This document shows, piece by piece, positions 1 to 10,457 of a stretch of 64,000 nt of DNA (positions within the stretch are counted from its first letter, which is position 1; the number at the start of each line of letters is the position of its first letter). The stretch comes from an uncultured Gammaproteobacteria bacterium (GTDB lineage: Bacteria > Patescibacteriota > Microgenomatia > UBA1406 > HO2-37-13b): NCBI GenBank assembly GCA_964413645.1, contig CAYPSA010000001.1, positions 8,389-72,388 on the forward strand, in the 5' to 3' direction. The notes under the pieces were generated by a model. That model was given only the letters and a program-made list of their open reading frames with translations, did no database searches and was not told where the DNA came from. A program made the position numbers and the translations under genes.

Positions 1-1
1 A

Positions 2-1759
2 GCAAAAGTTACGGATGAAATTGTGTATTTACAACCTGATGACGAAGAAGCATTCTATATTACTCATAGTAGTGTAACCGTTGATGAGAATGGATTTTTA
101 ACCGATGAACGTGTTCCGGTTCGATACAACGGAGACATGGCTCAGGTTCCTGCAGAAAAAGTACAGTTGATTGATATTTCACCTCGACAAGTCGTTGGTT
201 TGGCCGCAGCATGTATTCCTTTCTTGCAACACGACGACGCATCACGTGCTCTTATGGGCACGCACATGTTATGTCAGGCAGTACCGCTCGTGAAACCACA
301 AGCTCCTGTCGTGGGTACAGGTATGGAAGGTAAAGTAGCGAGTGCACTTGGTCGAACCATGCAAGCTCCGGAAGACGCAAGTGTTGAATATGTAGATGCA
401 ACAAAGATCCTGCTTAAAGGAAAGAGTGGAAAATCATACCAATATGATTTAGAACGATTCAACAAGACGAACAAAGACGTTGTATTTGATCAACGACCAC
501 TTGTGTCATTGGGACAATCAATCAAAAAGGGACAAACTATTATCGATGGACCAGCAACCGACCACGGTGAACTTTCATTAGGCCAAAACTTAGTTGTCGC
601 ATATGCTTCACTTGACGGACTTGGATACGAAGACGGTTTCGTAATTTCTGAACGACTCGTAAAACAAGACTTGTTTACATCGGTAGTTATGGAAGAATTC
701 ATTGCTGATGTTGTTGATACAAAACTTGGAGCTGAAGAATTGACTCGAGATATTCCAAATGTTCGAGAAGAAATTTTGGCTAACCTTGATAAAGACGGTT
801 TAGTAACAATTGGAGCTGAAATGCACCCAGGTGACGTATTAGTTGGAAAAGTTGCTCCAAAAGGTGAAAAAGAATTATCAGCCGAAGAACGATTGCTACG
901 TGCAATTTTCGGAGAAAAAGCAAAAGACGTAAAAGATACATCATTACGTATGCCATATGGTAAAAAGGGAACCGTTGTTGATGTTCAAATTATTGACGCT
1001 AAAAAAGATCCAAATGAACTTGAACCAGGTGTATTAAAGAGAATTATTGTTACACTTGCACAGCTTCGAAAGATTAAAGTTGGAGACAAATTGGCAGGAC
1101 GACACGGAAACAAAGGTATTATTTCAAAGATTTTGCCAGAACATGACATGCCATATTTGGAAGATGGAACACCGGTCGACGTTGTTCTTTCACCACACTC
1201 GGTATTGGCACGTATGAACCTTGGTCAACTTTACGAGACAATGTTAGGACTTGCAACCATGGGAACAGATAAGAAATTCGCATTACCAGTATTTGATCCT
1301 GATAGTGAAAAAGTCATTCGAACACAGCTTACATTAGCGGGCAAAGCAGAAGATGGAAAAGTAAAATTATACGATGGTCGAACCGGTATGGAATATGAAA
1401 AATCAGTATTAGTAGGAATTGGATACATTTTGAAATTGGTTCACATGGTGGAAGATAAATTCCACGCACGATCAACCGGACCATATTCATTGGTTACCCA
1501 ACAGCCACTTGGAGGAAAGAGCCAAATGGGAGGACAGCGATTTGGAGAAATGGAAGTTTGGGCGCTTGAAAGCCATCGAGTTCCATATGCATTACAAGAA
1601 ATGTTGACGATTAAATCAGACGATGTTCAAGGACGACGCAAAGCATTTGAAGCAATTATTAAAGGAATCGATATTCCACAATCAGCAGTACCAGAATCAT
1701 TTAATGTTCTTACAAAAGAGCTTAATGCGCTGGGGTTACATATAGAAGCAATTCAATAA
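2..1759 (+). CDS. rpoB: DNA-directed RNA polymerase beta subunit, C-terminal ~585 aa (5' end upstream of window)
   Basis: Frame open to window edge; conserved beta motifs GDKLAGRHGNKG and GGQRFGEMEVWALE; rpoC starts 1 nt after the stop. Confidence 0.97.
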   Translation, partial: AKVTDEIVYLQPDDEEAFYITHSSVTVDENGFLTDERVPVRYNGDMAQVPAEKVQLIDISPRQVVGLAAACIPFLQHDDASRALMGTHMLCQAVPLVKPQAPVVGTGMEGKVASALGRTMQAPEDASVEYVDATKILLKGKSGKSYQYDLERFNKTNKDVVFDQRPLVSLGQSIKKGQTIIDGPATDHGELSLGQNLVVAYASLDGLGYEDGFVISERLVKQDLFTSVVMEEFIADVVDTKLGAEELTRDIPNVREEILANLDKDGLVTIGAEMHPGDVLVGKVAPKGEKELSAEERLLRAIFGEKAKDVKDTSLRMPYGKKGTVVDVQIIDAKKDPNELEPGVLKRIIVTLAQLRKIKVGDKLAGRHGNKGIISKILPEHDMPYLEDGTPVDVVLSPHSVLARMNLGQLYETMLGLATMGTDKKFALPVFDPDSEKVIRTQLTLAGKAEDGKVKLYDGRTGMEYEKSVLVGIGYILKLVHMVEDKFHARSTGPYSLVTQQPLGGKSQMGGQRFGEMEVWALESHRVPYALQEMLTIKSDDVQGRRKAFEAIIKGIDIPQSAVPESFNVLTKELNALGLHIEAIQ

Positions 1760-1760
1760 T

Positions 1761-4700
1761 ATGGATGAAAATATAAAGGATGCAAAATTTGTAGATTTTT
1801 CAGGATTGAAAATTACGTTAGCTTCACCAGAAGTAATGACGCAATGGTCATATGGAGAAGTTACCAAACCTGAGACGATTAATTATCGAACATTTAAGCC
1901 TGAAAAAGACGGTTTGTTTGATGAGCGCATTTTTGGTCCTACCAAAGATTACGAATGTTATTGTGGAAAGTACAAACGAATTCGATACAAAGGTATTATT
2001 TGTGACCGATGTGGAGTCGAAATTACTACTAATACTGTTCGTCGTGAACGAATGGGACACATTAAATTAGCTGCTCCGATTGCTCATATTTGGTACTTTA
2101 AGGGAGCTTCATCACCATTGAGTGTATTGCTCGATATTACTTCTAATAACTTAGAAAGAATTATTTACTACGCGTTGTACCTTGTTAAAGATGTTGATGA
2201 AACCAAGCGAGAAACGTCCTTGAATATTGTAACCGCTCTTAAAGACGATGAAATAAAAGTTCTTGAAGAATGGAAAAAAGTTGAAGAAGATAAAGTAGAG
2301 GTTGAACTTCAAAAAGCCAAAGAAGGCGTTGAAAAGAAGGTAAAAAATGTAGAGCAACGAGAATTGATGATGCATGAAACTGAATTTAAATTCCGTGAAC
2401 GCATTACATCAATTACGCAAGTATTTAACGAGAAAAAAACTGAAAAAGGTATTTTCTATGAAAGAATTTTGAAAGTCATTAAAGGCGCTATGCCATTGGC
2501 TGTAGTTGAAGAAGAAGATTTTATGTTCTTACGTGAACATGAAGCGCATGAATTCTTGCAAGTCGGTATGGGTTCTGAAGTAATTTTGGAAGTACTTTCT
2601 GCTATGAATTTAGAAGAAATGTACAGTGAATTTGTAAAAAAGTTGATTAAGGCCAAAGGTGACAAGCGAACACGATTATTGAAAAAAGTACGATTAGTTG
2701 AATCATTCATGAAATCAGGCGTATCGCCAAAATGGATGGTGTTGGTGGTACTTCCAATTATTCCTCCCGATTTGCGCCCTGTTGTACAACTTTCAGGTGG
2801 AAAATTTGCAACAAGTGATTTGAATGATTTTTATCGACGAGTTATTAACCGAAATAATCGTTTGAAGCATTTGATTGAACTCGGGGCTCCAGAAATTATT
2901 TTGCGAAACGAAAAACGAATGTTACAAGAATCAGTCGATTCACTTATTGACCTTTCAAAGTCACGAGGAGGAAAAACTGCACAATCACGAAGCAAAGCAT
3001 TAAAGTCACTTTCTGATGTTCTTAAAGGAAAGAGCGGACGATTTAGACAGAACTTGCTTGGAAAACGTGTTGACTACTCAGGTCGATCGGTCATTATTGT
3101 TGGGCCAGAATTAGCGCTTAATCAATGTGGTATTCCAAAAGAAATGGCGCTGGAACTATTTAAGCCATTCTTATTGCGAGAAGTAATTATTCGTGGACAT
3201 GCCCAAAACATTAAGAGTGCTAAAAACTTTTTGGAAACAAAAGATCCAATCATTTATGATATTTTGGAAGAAATTACTCGAAATCATCCGGTTATTTTGA
3301 ACCGAGCTCCAACCTTGCATAAATTGTCAATCTTAGCATTCTACCCTGTACTAACTGATGATTATGCTATCAAACTGCATCCAACTGTATGTCAGGGATA
3401 CAACGCTGACTTTGACGGAGATCAAATGGCTATTTTCGTTCCACTTTCTGAGAAATCTATTGAAGAAGTAGAAACACGAATGATGCCTCAGCAAAATTTG
3501 CTTAAGCCTTCAGACGGAACGCCAATTGTGGTGCCAAACAAAGAAATGGCTTTGGGAGCATATTACTTGACAACTTTTGATGCTTCGTATGACAAAGTAC
3601 CCGATGAAGAATTGATGGCTTTCAGTGGTGCAAATGAAGCGCTTTTGGCTCATGCAACCGGTGCAATTGAAACTCGACAACCAATGAAGGTTAAAATTGG
3701 TGATGAAATCTTAAAGACAACCGTTGGACGAATTATTTTCAACTCACGGCTTCCAGAAGCATTACAATTCCATAATGAACCAGTAAAAGCGGCTGATTTG
3801 AAGAGTATCGTCGTTGCAGCAACAACCTTGTTTGCAGGCGATGAGACACTTCTTATTACGCTTATCGATAACTTGAAGGCTATTGGATTTATGGGAGCTA
3901 CTATTTCAGGAGGAGTTTCAGTATCACTGTTTGACTGTGTTACCGTTCCTGAGCGAGAAGGCTTGATTAAAATCGCAGAAGGAAAAGTAAAGGAAATTGA
4001 AGATAATTACTTGAACGGTCTTATTACTGAAGAAGAGAAAAAAAGACTTTCAAACAATGTATGGATTGATGTAACTGAAGATATGGCAAACCGAACATGG
4101 GATGCTATTGATGAAGAAAATCCTGTAAAGATCATTATTAACTCAGGAGGAGCTCGTGCATCACGTGAAAACATGAAGCAACTTTCAGCTATGAAAGGAC
4201 TTGTTATTGATCCGTTGGGTAAGATTATTGAAGTTCCAACAAAATCAAACTACCGTGCAGGACTTACCATCTTCGAATACGTAATTAATGCTCGAGGAGC
4301 TCGAAAAGGACTTATCGACTCAGCGCTTAAGACTGCTGATGCTGGATACTTGACCCGCCGATTGGTTGACGTTTCGCATGACATGATTATTCGTGAAGAA
4401 TTATGTACTACAACCGAAGGTTTGACCATTACCAAAGAAGGCGAACGAGGAGAAAAGTTTAATGATCGAGTAAAAGGACGAATGTTGCTTAAGGATGCTA
4501 CGGGTGCAAAGGGCAAGGTCGTTGTTAAGGCGGGAACTGTTATGACTGATTCGGAACTTGCCGATTTGGCAAAAGCAGAAGTTTCACGTGTAACAGTACG
4601 AAGTGCATTGCATTGTAAAACTGAATATGGTGTTTGCCAGGGCTGTTACGGAGTTGATTTATCAACTCATAAGCTAGCCGATGTTGGAGTTCCAACTGGA

Positions 4701-5828
4701 GTAGTTGCCGCACAATCAATTGGAGAACCTGGAACACAGTTGACGATGCGTGTTCGACACTTTGGAGGAATTGTAATTGCCGACGTTACGCAAGGATTAC
4801 CACGAGTTGAAGAATTATTTGAAATTCGAACACCAAAGGTATTCTCACCAATTTCAGACGTGTCGGGTAAGGTAAGTATTCTTGAAGATACTGACCGAGC
4901 AGTATTTGTAGTCAAAGTACAATCGGACGTTGATGGAGCAGGTAATGAACGAGAATTCATTGTTCCTTCAAACCGAAAATTGAAAGTAAAACATGGACAA
5001 CTTATTGCATCAGGTCAATCGCTTTGTGAAGGATACCTGGACATTAAAGAAGTTCTTTCGATCAAGGGACTTGAAGAAGCACAAACATACTTGTTAAACG
5101 AAATTCAAAAAGTGTATGAATCGCAAGGAATTGCAATTCACGATAAGCATTTTGAAGTCATTATTCGAAAGATGAGTGATAAAGTTATTATTGAAAACGA
5201 AGGAGACACCAAATTCATTGTTGGAGAAGTCGTTTCAATGTATCGATTCGAACGAGAAAACAAAAAAGTATTGGCTCAGGGTGGACGACCAGCTGTTGGA
5301 CGCGTCTCAATTCTTGGAATTACACGAGCAGCTATGTATTCTGACTCATGGTTGTCATCGGCATCATTCCAAGGTACTACAACCATTCTTACCGAAGCCT
5401 CAATTAAGGGTCAAGTTGATGGGTTGCTGGGACTGAAAGAAAATGTTATAATTGGGCGTTTGATACCAGTAACTGCGCAACTATTAGATAAATATTATGG
5501 TGCAGGTGGAACTTCGGAACTTTCCAAAAGTTTTCCGGTAGAAACCGTGGTCCCAAGTGCGGATGTGATTTCAGAACTCTCACAAACCGGAGTCGAAGAA
5601 GGAATGGATGGCGAAACCCTTCTACAAGACCAAGGTGGGGAAGTTGAAGCAGGAACCGAAATGGTTGATAACGATGGAGCACCATTGGAAGAGAATTTAG
5701 ACGAAGATGTTGCTGTTGACGCTTTAGATGACACAGGCGACTCTCTTGCGGACGCTGATGGAGACATGACTCAGGCTGAGGTTGCAGAAGAGGTTGCCGA
5801 AGGAGAAGAAGAGGTAGAAGCAGTATAA
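1761..5828 (+). CDS. rpoC: DNA-directed RNA polymerase beta' subunit, 1355 aa with acidic C-terminal tail
   Basis: Zn-finger CYCGKYKRIRYKGIICDRCGVE, catalytic NADFDGDQM; last ~110 aa are D/E-rich low complexity. Confidence 0.97.
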   Translation: MDENIKDAKFVDFSGLKITLASPEVMTQWSYGEVTKPETINYRTFKPEKDGLFDERIFGPTKDYECYCGKYKRIRYKGIICDRCGVEITTNTVRRERMGHIKLAAPIAHIWYFKGASSPLSVLLDITSNNLERIIYYALYLVKDVDETKRETSLNIVTALKDDEIKVLEEWKKVEEDKVEVELQKAKEGVEKKVKNVEQRELMMHETEFKFRERITSITQVFNEKKTEKGIFYERILKVIKGAMPLAVVEEEDFMFLREHEAHEFLQVGMGSEVILEVLSAMNLEEMYSEFVKKLIKAKGDKRTRLLKKVRLVESFMKSGVSPKWMVLVVLPIIPPDLRPVVQLSGGKFATSDLNDFYRRVINRNNRLKHLIELGAPEIILRNEKRMLQESVDSLIDLSKSRGGKTAQSRSKALKSLSDVLKGKSGRFRQNLLGKRVDYSGRSVIIVGPELALNQCGIPKEMALELFKPFLLREVIIRGHAQNIKSAKNFLETKDPIIYDILEEITRNHPVILNRAPTLHKLSILAFYPVLTDDYAIKLHPTVCQGYNADFDGDQMAIFVPLSEKSIEEVETRMMPQQNLLKPSDGTPIVVPNKEMALGAYYLTTFDASYDKVPDEELMAFSGANEALLAHATGAIETRQPMKVKIGDEILKTTVGRIIFNSRLPEALQFHNEPVKAADLKSIVVAATTLFAGDETLLITLIDNLKAIGFMGATISGGVSVSLFDCVTVPEREGLIKIAEGKVKEIEDNYLNGLITEEEKKRLSNNVWIDVTEDMANRTWDAIDEENPVKIIINSGGARASRENMKQLSAMKGLVIDPLGKIIEVPTKSNYRAGLTIFEYVINARGARKGLIDSALKTADAGYLTRRLVDVSHDMIIREELCTTTEGLTITKEGERGEKFNDRVKGRMLLKDATGAKGKVVVKAGTVMTDSELADLAKAEVSRVTVRSALHCKTEYGVCQGCYGVDLSTHKLADVGVPTGVVAAQSIGEPGTQLTMRVRHFGGIVIADVTQGLPRVEELFEIRTPKVFSPISDVSGKVSILEDTDRAVFVVKVQSDVDGAGNEREFIVPSNRKLKVKHGQLIASGQSLCEGYLDIKEVLSIKGLEEAQTYLLNEIQKVYESQGIAIHDKHFEVIIRKMSDKVIIENEGDTKFIVGEVVSMYRFERENKKVLAQGGRPAVGRVSILGITRAAMYSDSWLSSASFQGTTTILTEASIKGQVDGLLGLKENVIIGRLIPVTAQLLDKYYGAGGTSELSKSFPVETVVPSADVISELSQTGVEEGMDGETLLQDQGGEVEAGTEMVDNDGAPLEENLDEDVAVDALDDTGDSLADADGDMTQAEVAEEVAEGEEEVEAV

Positions 5829-5841
5829 GAAAAGTTGAGCA

Positions 5842-5859
5842 GCGGAGATGCTTCTCCGC
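5842..5859 (+). terminator. Stem-loop after rpoC (GCGGAG-ATGCTT-CTCCGC), no U tract
   Basis: 6-bp GC-rich inverted repeat 14 nt after the rpoC stop. Confidence 0.3.
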
Positions 5860-5892
5860 CAGCCGGCGGATCAGAATTACAAATAAAATAAT

Positions 5893-6315
5893 ATGCCAAC
5901 AATTAATCAATTAATTAAACATAAAAGAAAACCAAAAGTTCGACATGGACGTGCTATGGCGTTAAAAACGACCATTAACACTGTTCGCCGAACTAAAAGC
6001 ATTGTGCCTTCTTCGCTTAAACGTGGAGTATGTGTAGTTGTGCGTACCATGACACCTAAAAAGCCTAACTCAGCACTTCGAAAAGTAGCTCGTGTGAAGC
6101 TTTCAAACGGAATGGAAGTAACAGCTTACATTCCTGGTGCAGGACATCAATTATCGGAACACTCAATTGTATTAGTTCGAGGCGGTCGTGTGAAAGATTT
6201 ACCAGGAGTAAAATATCACATTGTTCGCGGAGTGTACGATACAACTGGTGTTGACGGACGAAAAGTTTCACGTTCTAAATATGGAACGCGTCTACCAAAA
6301 GCTAAAACAGCGTAA
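5893..6315 (+). CDS. rpsL: 30S ribosomal protein S12
   Basis: MPTINQLI N-terminus, KKPNSALRK motif. Confidence 0.97.
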   Translation: MPTINQLIKHKRKPKVRHGRAMALKTTINTVRRTKSIVPSSLKRGVCVVVRTMTPKKPNSALRKVARVKLSNGMEVTAYIPGAGHQLSEHSIVLVRGGRVKDLPGVKYHIVRGVYDTTGVDGRKVSRSKYGTRLPKAKTA

Positions 6316-6320
6316 TACTT

Positions 6321-6794
6321 ATGCCACGACGATCATATAAACGAGTTCCAACAAAAAAAGATGCAGTCTATGACTCATTAGAAGTTTCAAAGCTCATTAA
6401 TTATGTAATGGTTGACGGAAAGAAAACCGTTGCTACTAAATTAGTGTACCGAGCATTGGAAGCAATTAAAGCTGAAGATTTGAATCCTTTGGAAATCGTT
6501 TCACAAGCTTTGTCAAATGTTGCTCCACAATTTGAAGTAAAACCAAAACGAGTTGGAGGAGCTTCTTACTTAGTTCCAATTGAAACTCGAGCAGCTCGAA
6601 AAATATTTTTAGCATTCAACTGGATTGTAGATGCTGCAAATGCTCGTTCAAACAAAGAATTCCATTCATTTGATAAAAAATTAGCTGCAGAATTGACCAG
6701 TGCTGCACGAAGTGAAGGGGAAGCATTTAATAAGCGTAAGCAAGTAGAAAAGTTGGCTGAACAAAACAAAGCGTTCGCACATTTTAAGTGGTAA
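6321..6794 (+). CDS. rpsG: 30S ribosomal protein S7
   Basis: S7-like sequence (VKPKRVGGASYLVPIE), position after rpsL. Confidence 0.96.
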   Translation: MPRRSYKRVPTKKDAVYDSLEVSKLINYVMVDGKKTVATKLVYRALEAIKAEDLNPLEIVSQALSNVAPQFEVKPKRVGGASYLVPIETRAARKIFLAFNWIVDAANARSNKEFHSFDKKLAAELTSAARSEGEAFNKRKQVEKLAEQNKAFAHFKW

Positions 6795-6801
6795 GGCGCT
6801 C

Positions 6802-6865
6802 GATATCGTATTTTGCTCGCAATTCACCCCAAAGGGGCCCCAATTGACTTCGCAAAATAGATATC
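6802..6865 (+). promoter_or_regulatory. Long imperfect hairpin in the rpsG-fusA spacer
   Basis: GATATC.TATTTTGC..GCAATT.ACCCC / GGGG.CCAATT..GCAAAATA.GATATC inverted repeat. Confidence 0.35.
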
Positions 6866-6903
6866 TTCGCTACTTACTAATAAACAAATAATTAAACAAA
6901 TAT

Positions 6904-9000
6904 ATGGCAAACATCGTAACAAAAGATCGAGTTGTTTCTTCTGACAAAATCCGAAATATTGGAATTATTGCTCATATTGATTCAGGTAAAACTACCACTA
7001 CTGAACGAATCCTTTTTTACACCGGACGGTCATACAAAATTGGAGACATTGATGACGGAGATACACAAATGGACTGGATGGAACAAGAACGTGAACGCGG
7101 TATTACCATTGTTTCTGCTGCTACCACCACATTCTGGAAAGACATGCGTATTAACATTATCGACACTCCTGGTCACGTAGATTTTACTGCTGAAGTAGAA
7201 CGTTCGCTACGTGTTCTTGATGGTGGTGTTATGATTTTTGATGCGGAAGAAGGCGTACAATCACAGTCGGAAACCGTATGGCGACAAGCTGATAAATATA
7301 AAGTACCTCGAATTTGTTTCATTAACAAAATGGATAAAATTGGAGCAGACTTTTTTAAGACCGTTGACGATATTAAAACCCGATTAGGTGCAAAACCAGC
7401 AGTAATGGTGTATCCAATTGGTGCTGAAAATGACTTTGTAGGAGTTATCGACCTTATTACACTTCAATCATACGTATGGGGAGAAGATCCAACCGGAGTA
7501 AAATACAAGATTTCTGATGAAATTCCAGCCGATTTGAAAGATGACGTCATGAAGAAACGTGCGGAATTGATTGAATTAGTTGCCGAAAATGATGATTCAT
7601 TACTTGAAAAATTCTTGGCTGGAGCTGAAATTAGTAATGAAGAATTAAAAGCTGCGCTGCGACGAGTAACGATTGCATACAAATTGGTTCCGGTTTATGC
7701 GGGAACATCGCTTCGAAACAAAGGTGTACAACCAGTGTTGGATGCTGTTGTTGACTATTTACCTTCCCCAGAAGACTTGAAAGAAATTACTGGTATTAAT
7801 CCTGATACCAAAGAAGAAGAAAAACGACAATTAACTAATGATGAAGATTTAACCGCTATTGCGTTTAAGATTCAACTTGATCCACACGTAGGAAAACTAA
7901 CCTATGCGCGTGTATATTCAGGAACACTTGAATCTGGTTCATATGTATACAATGTAAATCGCCGAACACGTGAACGTGTTGGTCGAATTCTTTTGATGCA
8001 TGCAAATCAGCGTGAAGAAATTGATAAGGCATATGCCGGAGAAATTGTAGGACTTATTGGTCCAAAAGAAACCCGAACAGGTGATACATTAGCTGCTGAA
8101 GGAAAACCAATTGTTTTGGAACAAATTACCTTCCCAGAACCAGTTATTTCGCTAGCTATTGAACCAAAAACTAAAGCCGATCAAGAAAAGCTTTCATACA
8201 CTTTGCAGCGATTGTCGGAAGAAGATCCTACTTTCCATGTAAAAGTTGACCAAGAAACTGGACAAACTATTATTTCAGGAATGGGAGAATTGCATTTGGA
8301 AATTTTAGTTGATCGAATGAAGCGTGAAATGGGCATGAATGCAAATGTTGGAAAACCTCAAGTTGCGTACCGAGAAACAATTACTAAGAATGCACAGGCT
8401 GAAGGTAAATACATTAAGCAATCAGGAGGACATGGACAATACGGACACTGTTTGATTAAGGTTGAACCACTTGCTCGTGGAGAAGGATTTAAATTCGTAA
8501 ATGCTATTAAGGGAGGATCAATTCCAAGTGAATTTATTGCCCCAGTTGAAAAGGGAGTTATTGAAGCGCTTGATAAGGGTGTGTTGTTAGGATTCCCAAT
8601 GAGTGACGTTCAGGTAACACTTTACGACGGAACGTATCATGATGTCGACTCTTCTGACTTGGCATTTAAGATTGCAGGTTCTATGGCTATGCAAGCTGCT
8701 GCAAAATTGGCAGGTATGGCATTGTTGGAACCAATCATGAAGATGGAAGTCGTGGTTCCTGATGAATTCATGGGAACTGCTATTGGAGACTTATCTTCTC
8801 GAAGAGGTAAAGTATTAGGAACCGATAAACGAGGAAATGTAACCGTTATTAAAGCATATGCTCCGTTGGCTGAAATGAGTGGATATGCAACAACCATTCG
8901 ATCACTTACCCAAGGACGAGGATTTTTCTACATGGAACCTTCACACTACGAAGAAGTTCCACAAGCTATTGTTGCAAAACTTCAGAGCGAGCGAGCATAA
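6904..9000 (+). CDS. fusA: Elongation factor G
   Basis: GTPase motifs [21 protein letters not shown]; full-length 698 aa. Confidence 0.97.
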   Translation: MANIVTKDRVVSSDKIRNIGIIAHIDSGKTTTTERILFYTGRSYKIGDIDDGDTQMDWMEQERERGITIVSAATTTFWKDMRINIIDTPGHVDFTAEVERSLRVLDGGVMIFDAEEGVQSQSETVWRQADKYKVPRICFINKMDKIGADFFKTVDDIKTRLGAKPAVMVYPIGAENDFVGVIDLITLQSYVWGEDPTGVKYKISDEIPADLKDDVMKKRAELIELVAENDDSLLEKFLAGAEISNEELKAALRRVTIAYKLVPVYAGTSLRNKGVQPVLDAVVDYLPSPEDLKEITGINPDTKEEEKRQLTNDEDLTAIAFKIQLDPHVGKLTYARVYSGTLESGSYVYNVNRRTRERVGRILLMHANQREEIDKAYAGEIVGLIGPKETRTGDTLAAEGKPIVLEQITFPEPVISLAIEPKTKADQEKLSYTLQRLSEEDPTFHVKVDQETGQTIISGMGELHLEILVDRMKREMGMNANVGKPQVAYRETITKNAQAEGKYIKQSGGHGQYGHCLIKVEPLARGEGFKFVNAIKGGSIPSEFIAPVEKGVIEALDKGVLLGFPMSDVQVTLYDGTYHDVDSSDLAFKIAGSMAMQAAAKLAGMALLEPIMKMEVVVPDEFMGTAIGDLSSRRGKVLGTDKRGNVTVIKAYAPLAEMSGYATTIRSLTQGRGFFYMEPSHYEEVPQAIVAKLQSERA

Positions 9001-9033
9001 GAATCTCCACTTAGCACTTTAAGCATTAGTCTG

Positions 9034-9774
9034 CTAATTCTTTGTTCCTGGGTTGAAACCGGTTAACGTTGCAGTTACTCCGGCCATTGTCATGGAACTG
9101 ACTCCGACACCTTTGGTAAGCGTGTATTGAAGAATATCACCATTTTTATCGGGGGTTACGGTACCAGGAAGAAAGCTTGCGCCCATATTGATGCTTGAGC
9201 CGATTGTAATTGTATTTTCGGTGAGAGTACGGACTTTACTGAGAACCTTAATACCGTCTGACACAAGAGGAATTTGTACGCCTATGTCGATTGTACTGTC
9301 CCAAACCGCATCTTTAGTAAGTTTGGAATCGTTGGGTATGAAAAGGATCGCATCTATGATTGATGTAGGAATACTTTTTGAGGTAATTGGAATAAATGGC
9401 AGGCCGTAAACGCCGCTTTTTTTGCAGGTTAGAGTGGAGATAATTGCTTCTTTGGTAGTGGGGAGTTTAGTGGAAATAGTAACCGACGAATCTACGTTCT
9501 GTAGGACAGTGCTGGTAAAAGTAGTTCCCCCGGTCATTTTATATTTCCACGAGTTTCCTTTTTGAAAGTTGAAATATGAGCTTTGGCAGGGAATCAGGGA
9601 GTCGGGTTCTTGTGTCGGAACTGCCTCTACTGCGCTCGCCTGGGCACTTGCAACTTGGGCGCCGCCCAGAGGACTGAGCCCGGCGGGTGCGGGAAAAAAC
9701 CGTTCTTTAAGTAATATGCCGGTAATACCTACAAGCGAAACGAAAATTACAAAATTAAGAAATCGAGGTGACAT
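9034..9774 (-). CDS. Hypothetical secreted/membrane-anchored protein
   Basis: N-terminal hydrophobic helix, no recognisable domain; -10 box 6 nt upstream of ATG. Confidence 0.7.
   Translation of the reverse strand: MSPRFLNFVIFVSLVGITGILLKERFFPAPAGLSPLGGAQVASAQASAVEAVPTQEPDSLIPCQSSYFNFQKGNSWKYKMTGGTTFTSTVLQNVDSSVTISTKLPTTKEAIISTLTCKKSGVYGLPFIPITSKSIPTSIIDAILFIPNDSKLTKDAVWDSTIDIGVQIPLVSDGIKVLSKVRTLTENTITIGSSINMGASFLPGTVTPDKNGDILQYTLTKGVGVSSMTMAGVTATLTGFNPGTKN
9658..9687 (-). repeat. 30-nt GC-rich segment shared with the rplV 3' end (encodes PAGLSPLGGA)
   Basis: 24 of 30 nt identical to 36754-36783, in sense orientation in both genes. Confidence 0.7.
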
Positions 9775-9780
9775 GAAATA

Positions 9781-9786
9781 AGTATA
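9781..9786 (-). promoter_or_regulatory. -10 box TATACT, 6 nt before ATG at 9774 (leaderless design)
   Basis: Read directly on the minus strand. Confidence 0.5.
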
Positions 9787-9808
9787 GCCGATTTATCAAT
9801 CGAAATGG

Positions 9809-10018
9809 TTATTCGTCATCGCCAACGTCATAGGGAGATCGACGAGAAGGCGCGGTTTCACCAGATTTTTTAGTTGAGTTATTTATTAGGACATCCCAGT
9901 GCTCATTGTCCAAAGGCGCTGATCCTCCCGATCGTGTGGCTTGGGCTTCAGCAACATCTCGTGCATCTCGAGCATCTTCTGGTAATTGACCCGGTAATGG
10001 TCCGCCTTCAATTGACAT
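9809..10018 (-). CDS. Hypothetical small protein (69 aa)
   Basis: ORF only; low-complexity charged sequence. Confidence 0.3.
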   Translation of the reverse strand: MSIEGGPLPGQLPEDARDARDVAEAQATRSGGSAPLDNEHWDVLINNSTKKSGETAPSRRSPYDVGDDE

Positions 10019-10095
10019 AATTATTTCTTATAAATGAATAATAGCCTATTCTAGTTAAAAATACACTTTATTGTCAAGCTCTAAATAGTTTTTGT

Positions 10096-10344
10096 TTAAA
10101 ACACCCAGTAATTCAATACGCCGTATCCAATAATAATGGTAAGAATTATAGTTGTAATAAATATTCCAATTTGTCCGGCGGTTTTCCATGCAACGTACGA
10201 AGAGTATAGCCAAAAGATTTCTGAAATTAAGTTAAAAACTAGCCCTAGTTCTGGCTTTTTCATAGCGGTAAGTGTGAATCCTACTATGGTTGTTGTTGGA
10301 AGCATTACCTGCGTTAGCTTGTCGAACCAATTTTTTTTGTTCAT
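10096..10344 (-). CDS. Small integral membrane protein (82 aa, about 3 TM)
   Basis: Hydrophobic segments; no family recognised. Confidence 0.55.
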   Translation of the reverse strand: MNKKNWFDKLTQVMLPTTTIVGFTLTAMKKPELGLVFNLISEIFWLYSSYVAWKTAGQIGIFITTIILTIIIGYGVLNYWVF

Positions 10345-10358
10345 ATGTACTGGGATTC

Positions 10359-10412
10359 TTCGTTCTGCTCAGAATGACGACTGAGATCCTTCGGCTACGC
10401 CTCAGGATGACG
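10359..10412 (+). repeat. Two tandem TTCG..CTCAGRATGACG units (GTCATYCTGAG-type repeat family, reverse orientation)
   Basis: Units at 10359-10379 and 10390-10412; related copy at 27059-27106. Confidence 0.5.
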
Positions 10413-10433
10413 GATAGCTCAAGTGCAACGGCA

Positions 10434-10456
10434 TTACGAGCTCCGGGGGCTCGTAA
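10434..10456 (-). repeat. REP hairpin copy (TTACGAGCTCCGGGGGCTCGTAA)
   Basis: Reverse complement of the core CGAGCCCCCGGAGCTCG found next to the RAYT gene; lies directly after the HAD gene stop. Confidence 0.8.
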
Positions 10457-10457
10457 A

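Noticed and set aside
5446-5910. 154-aa and 90-aa minus-strand ORFs
   Set aside because: They are antisense to the acidic tail of rpoC. GAA/GAG-rich sense sequence generates open antisense frames (Leu/Pro/Ser-rich).
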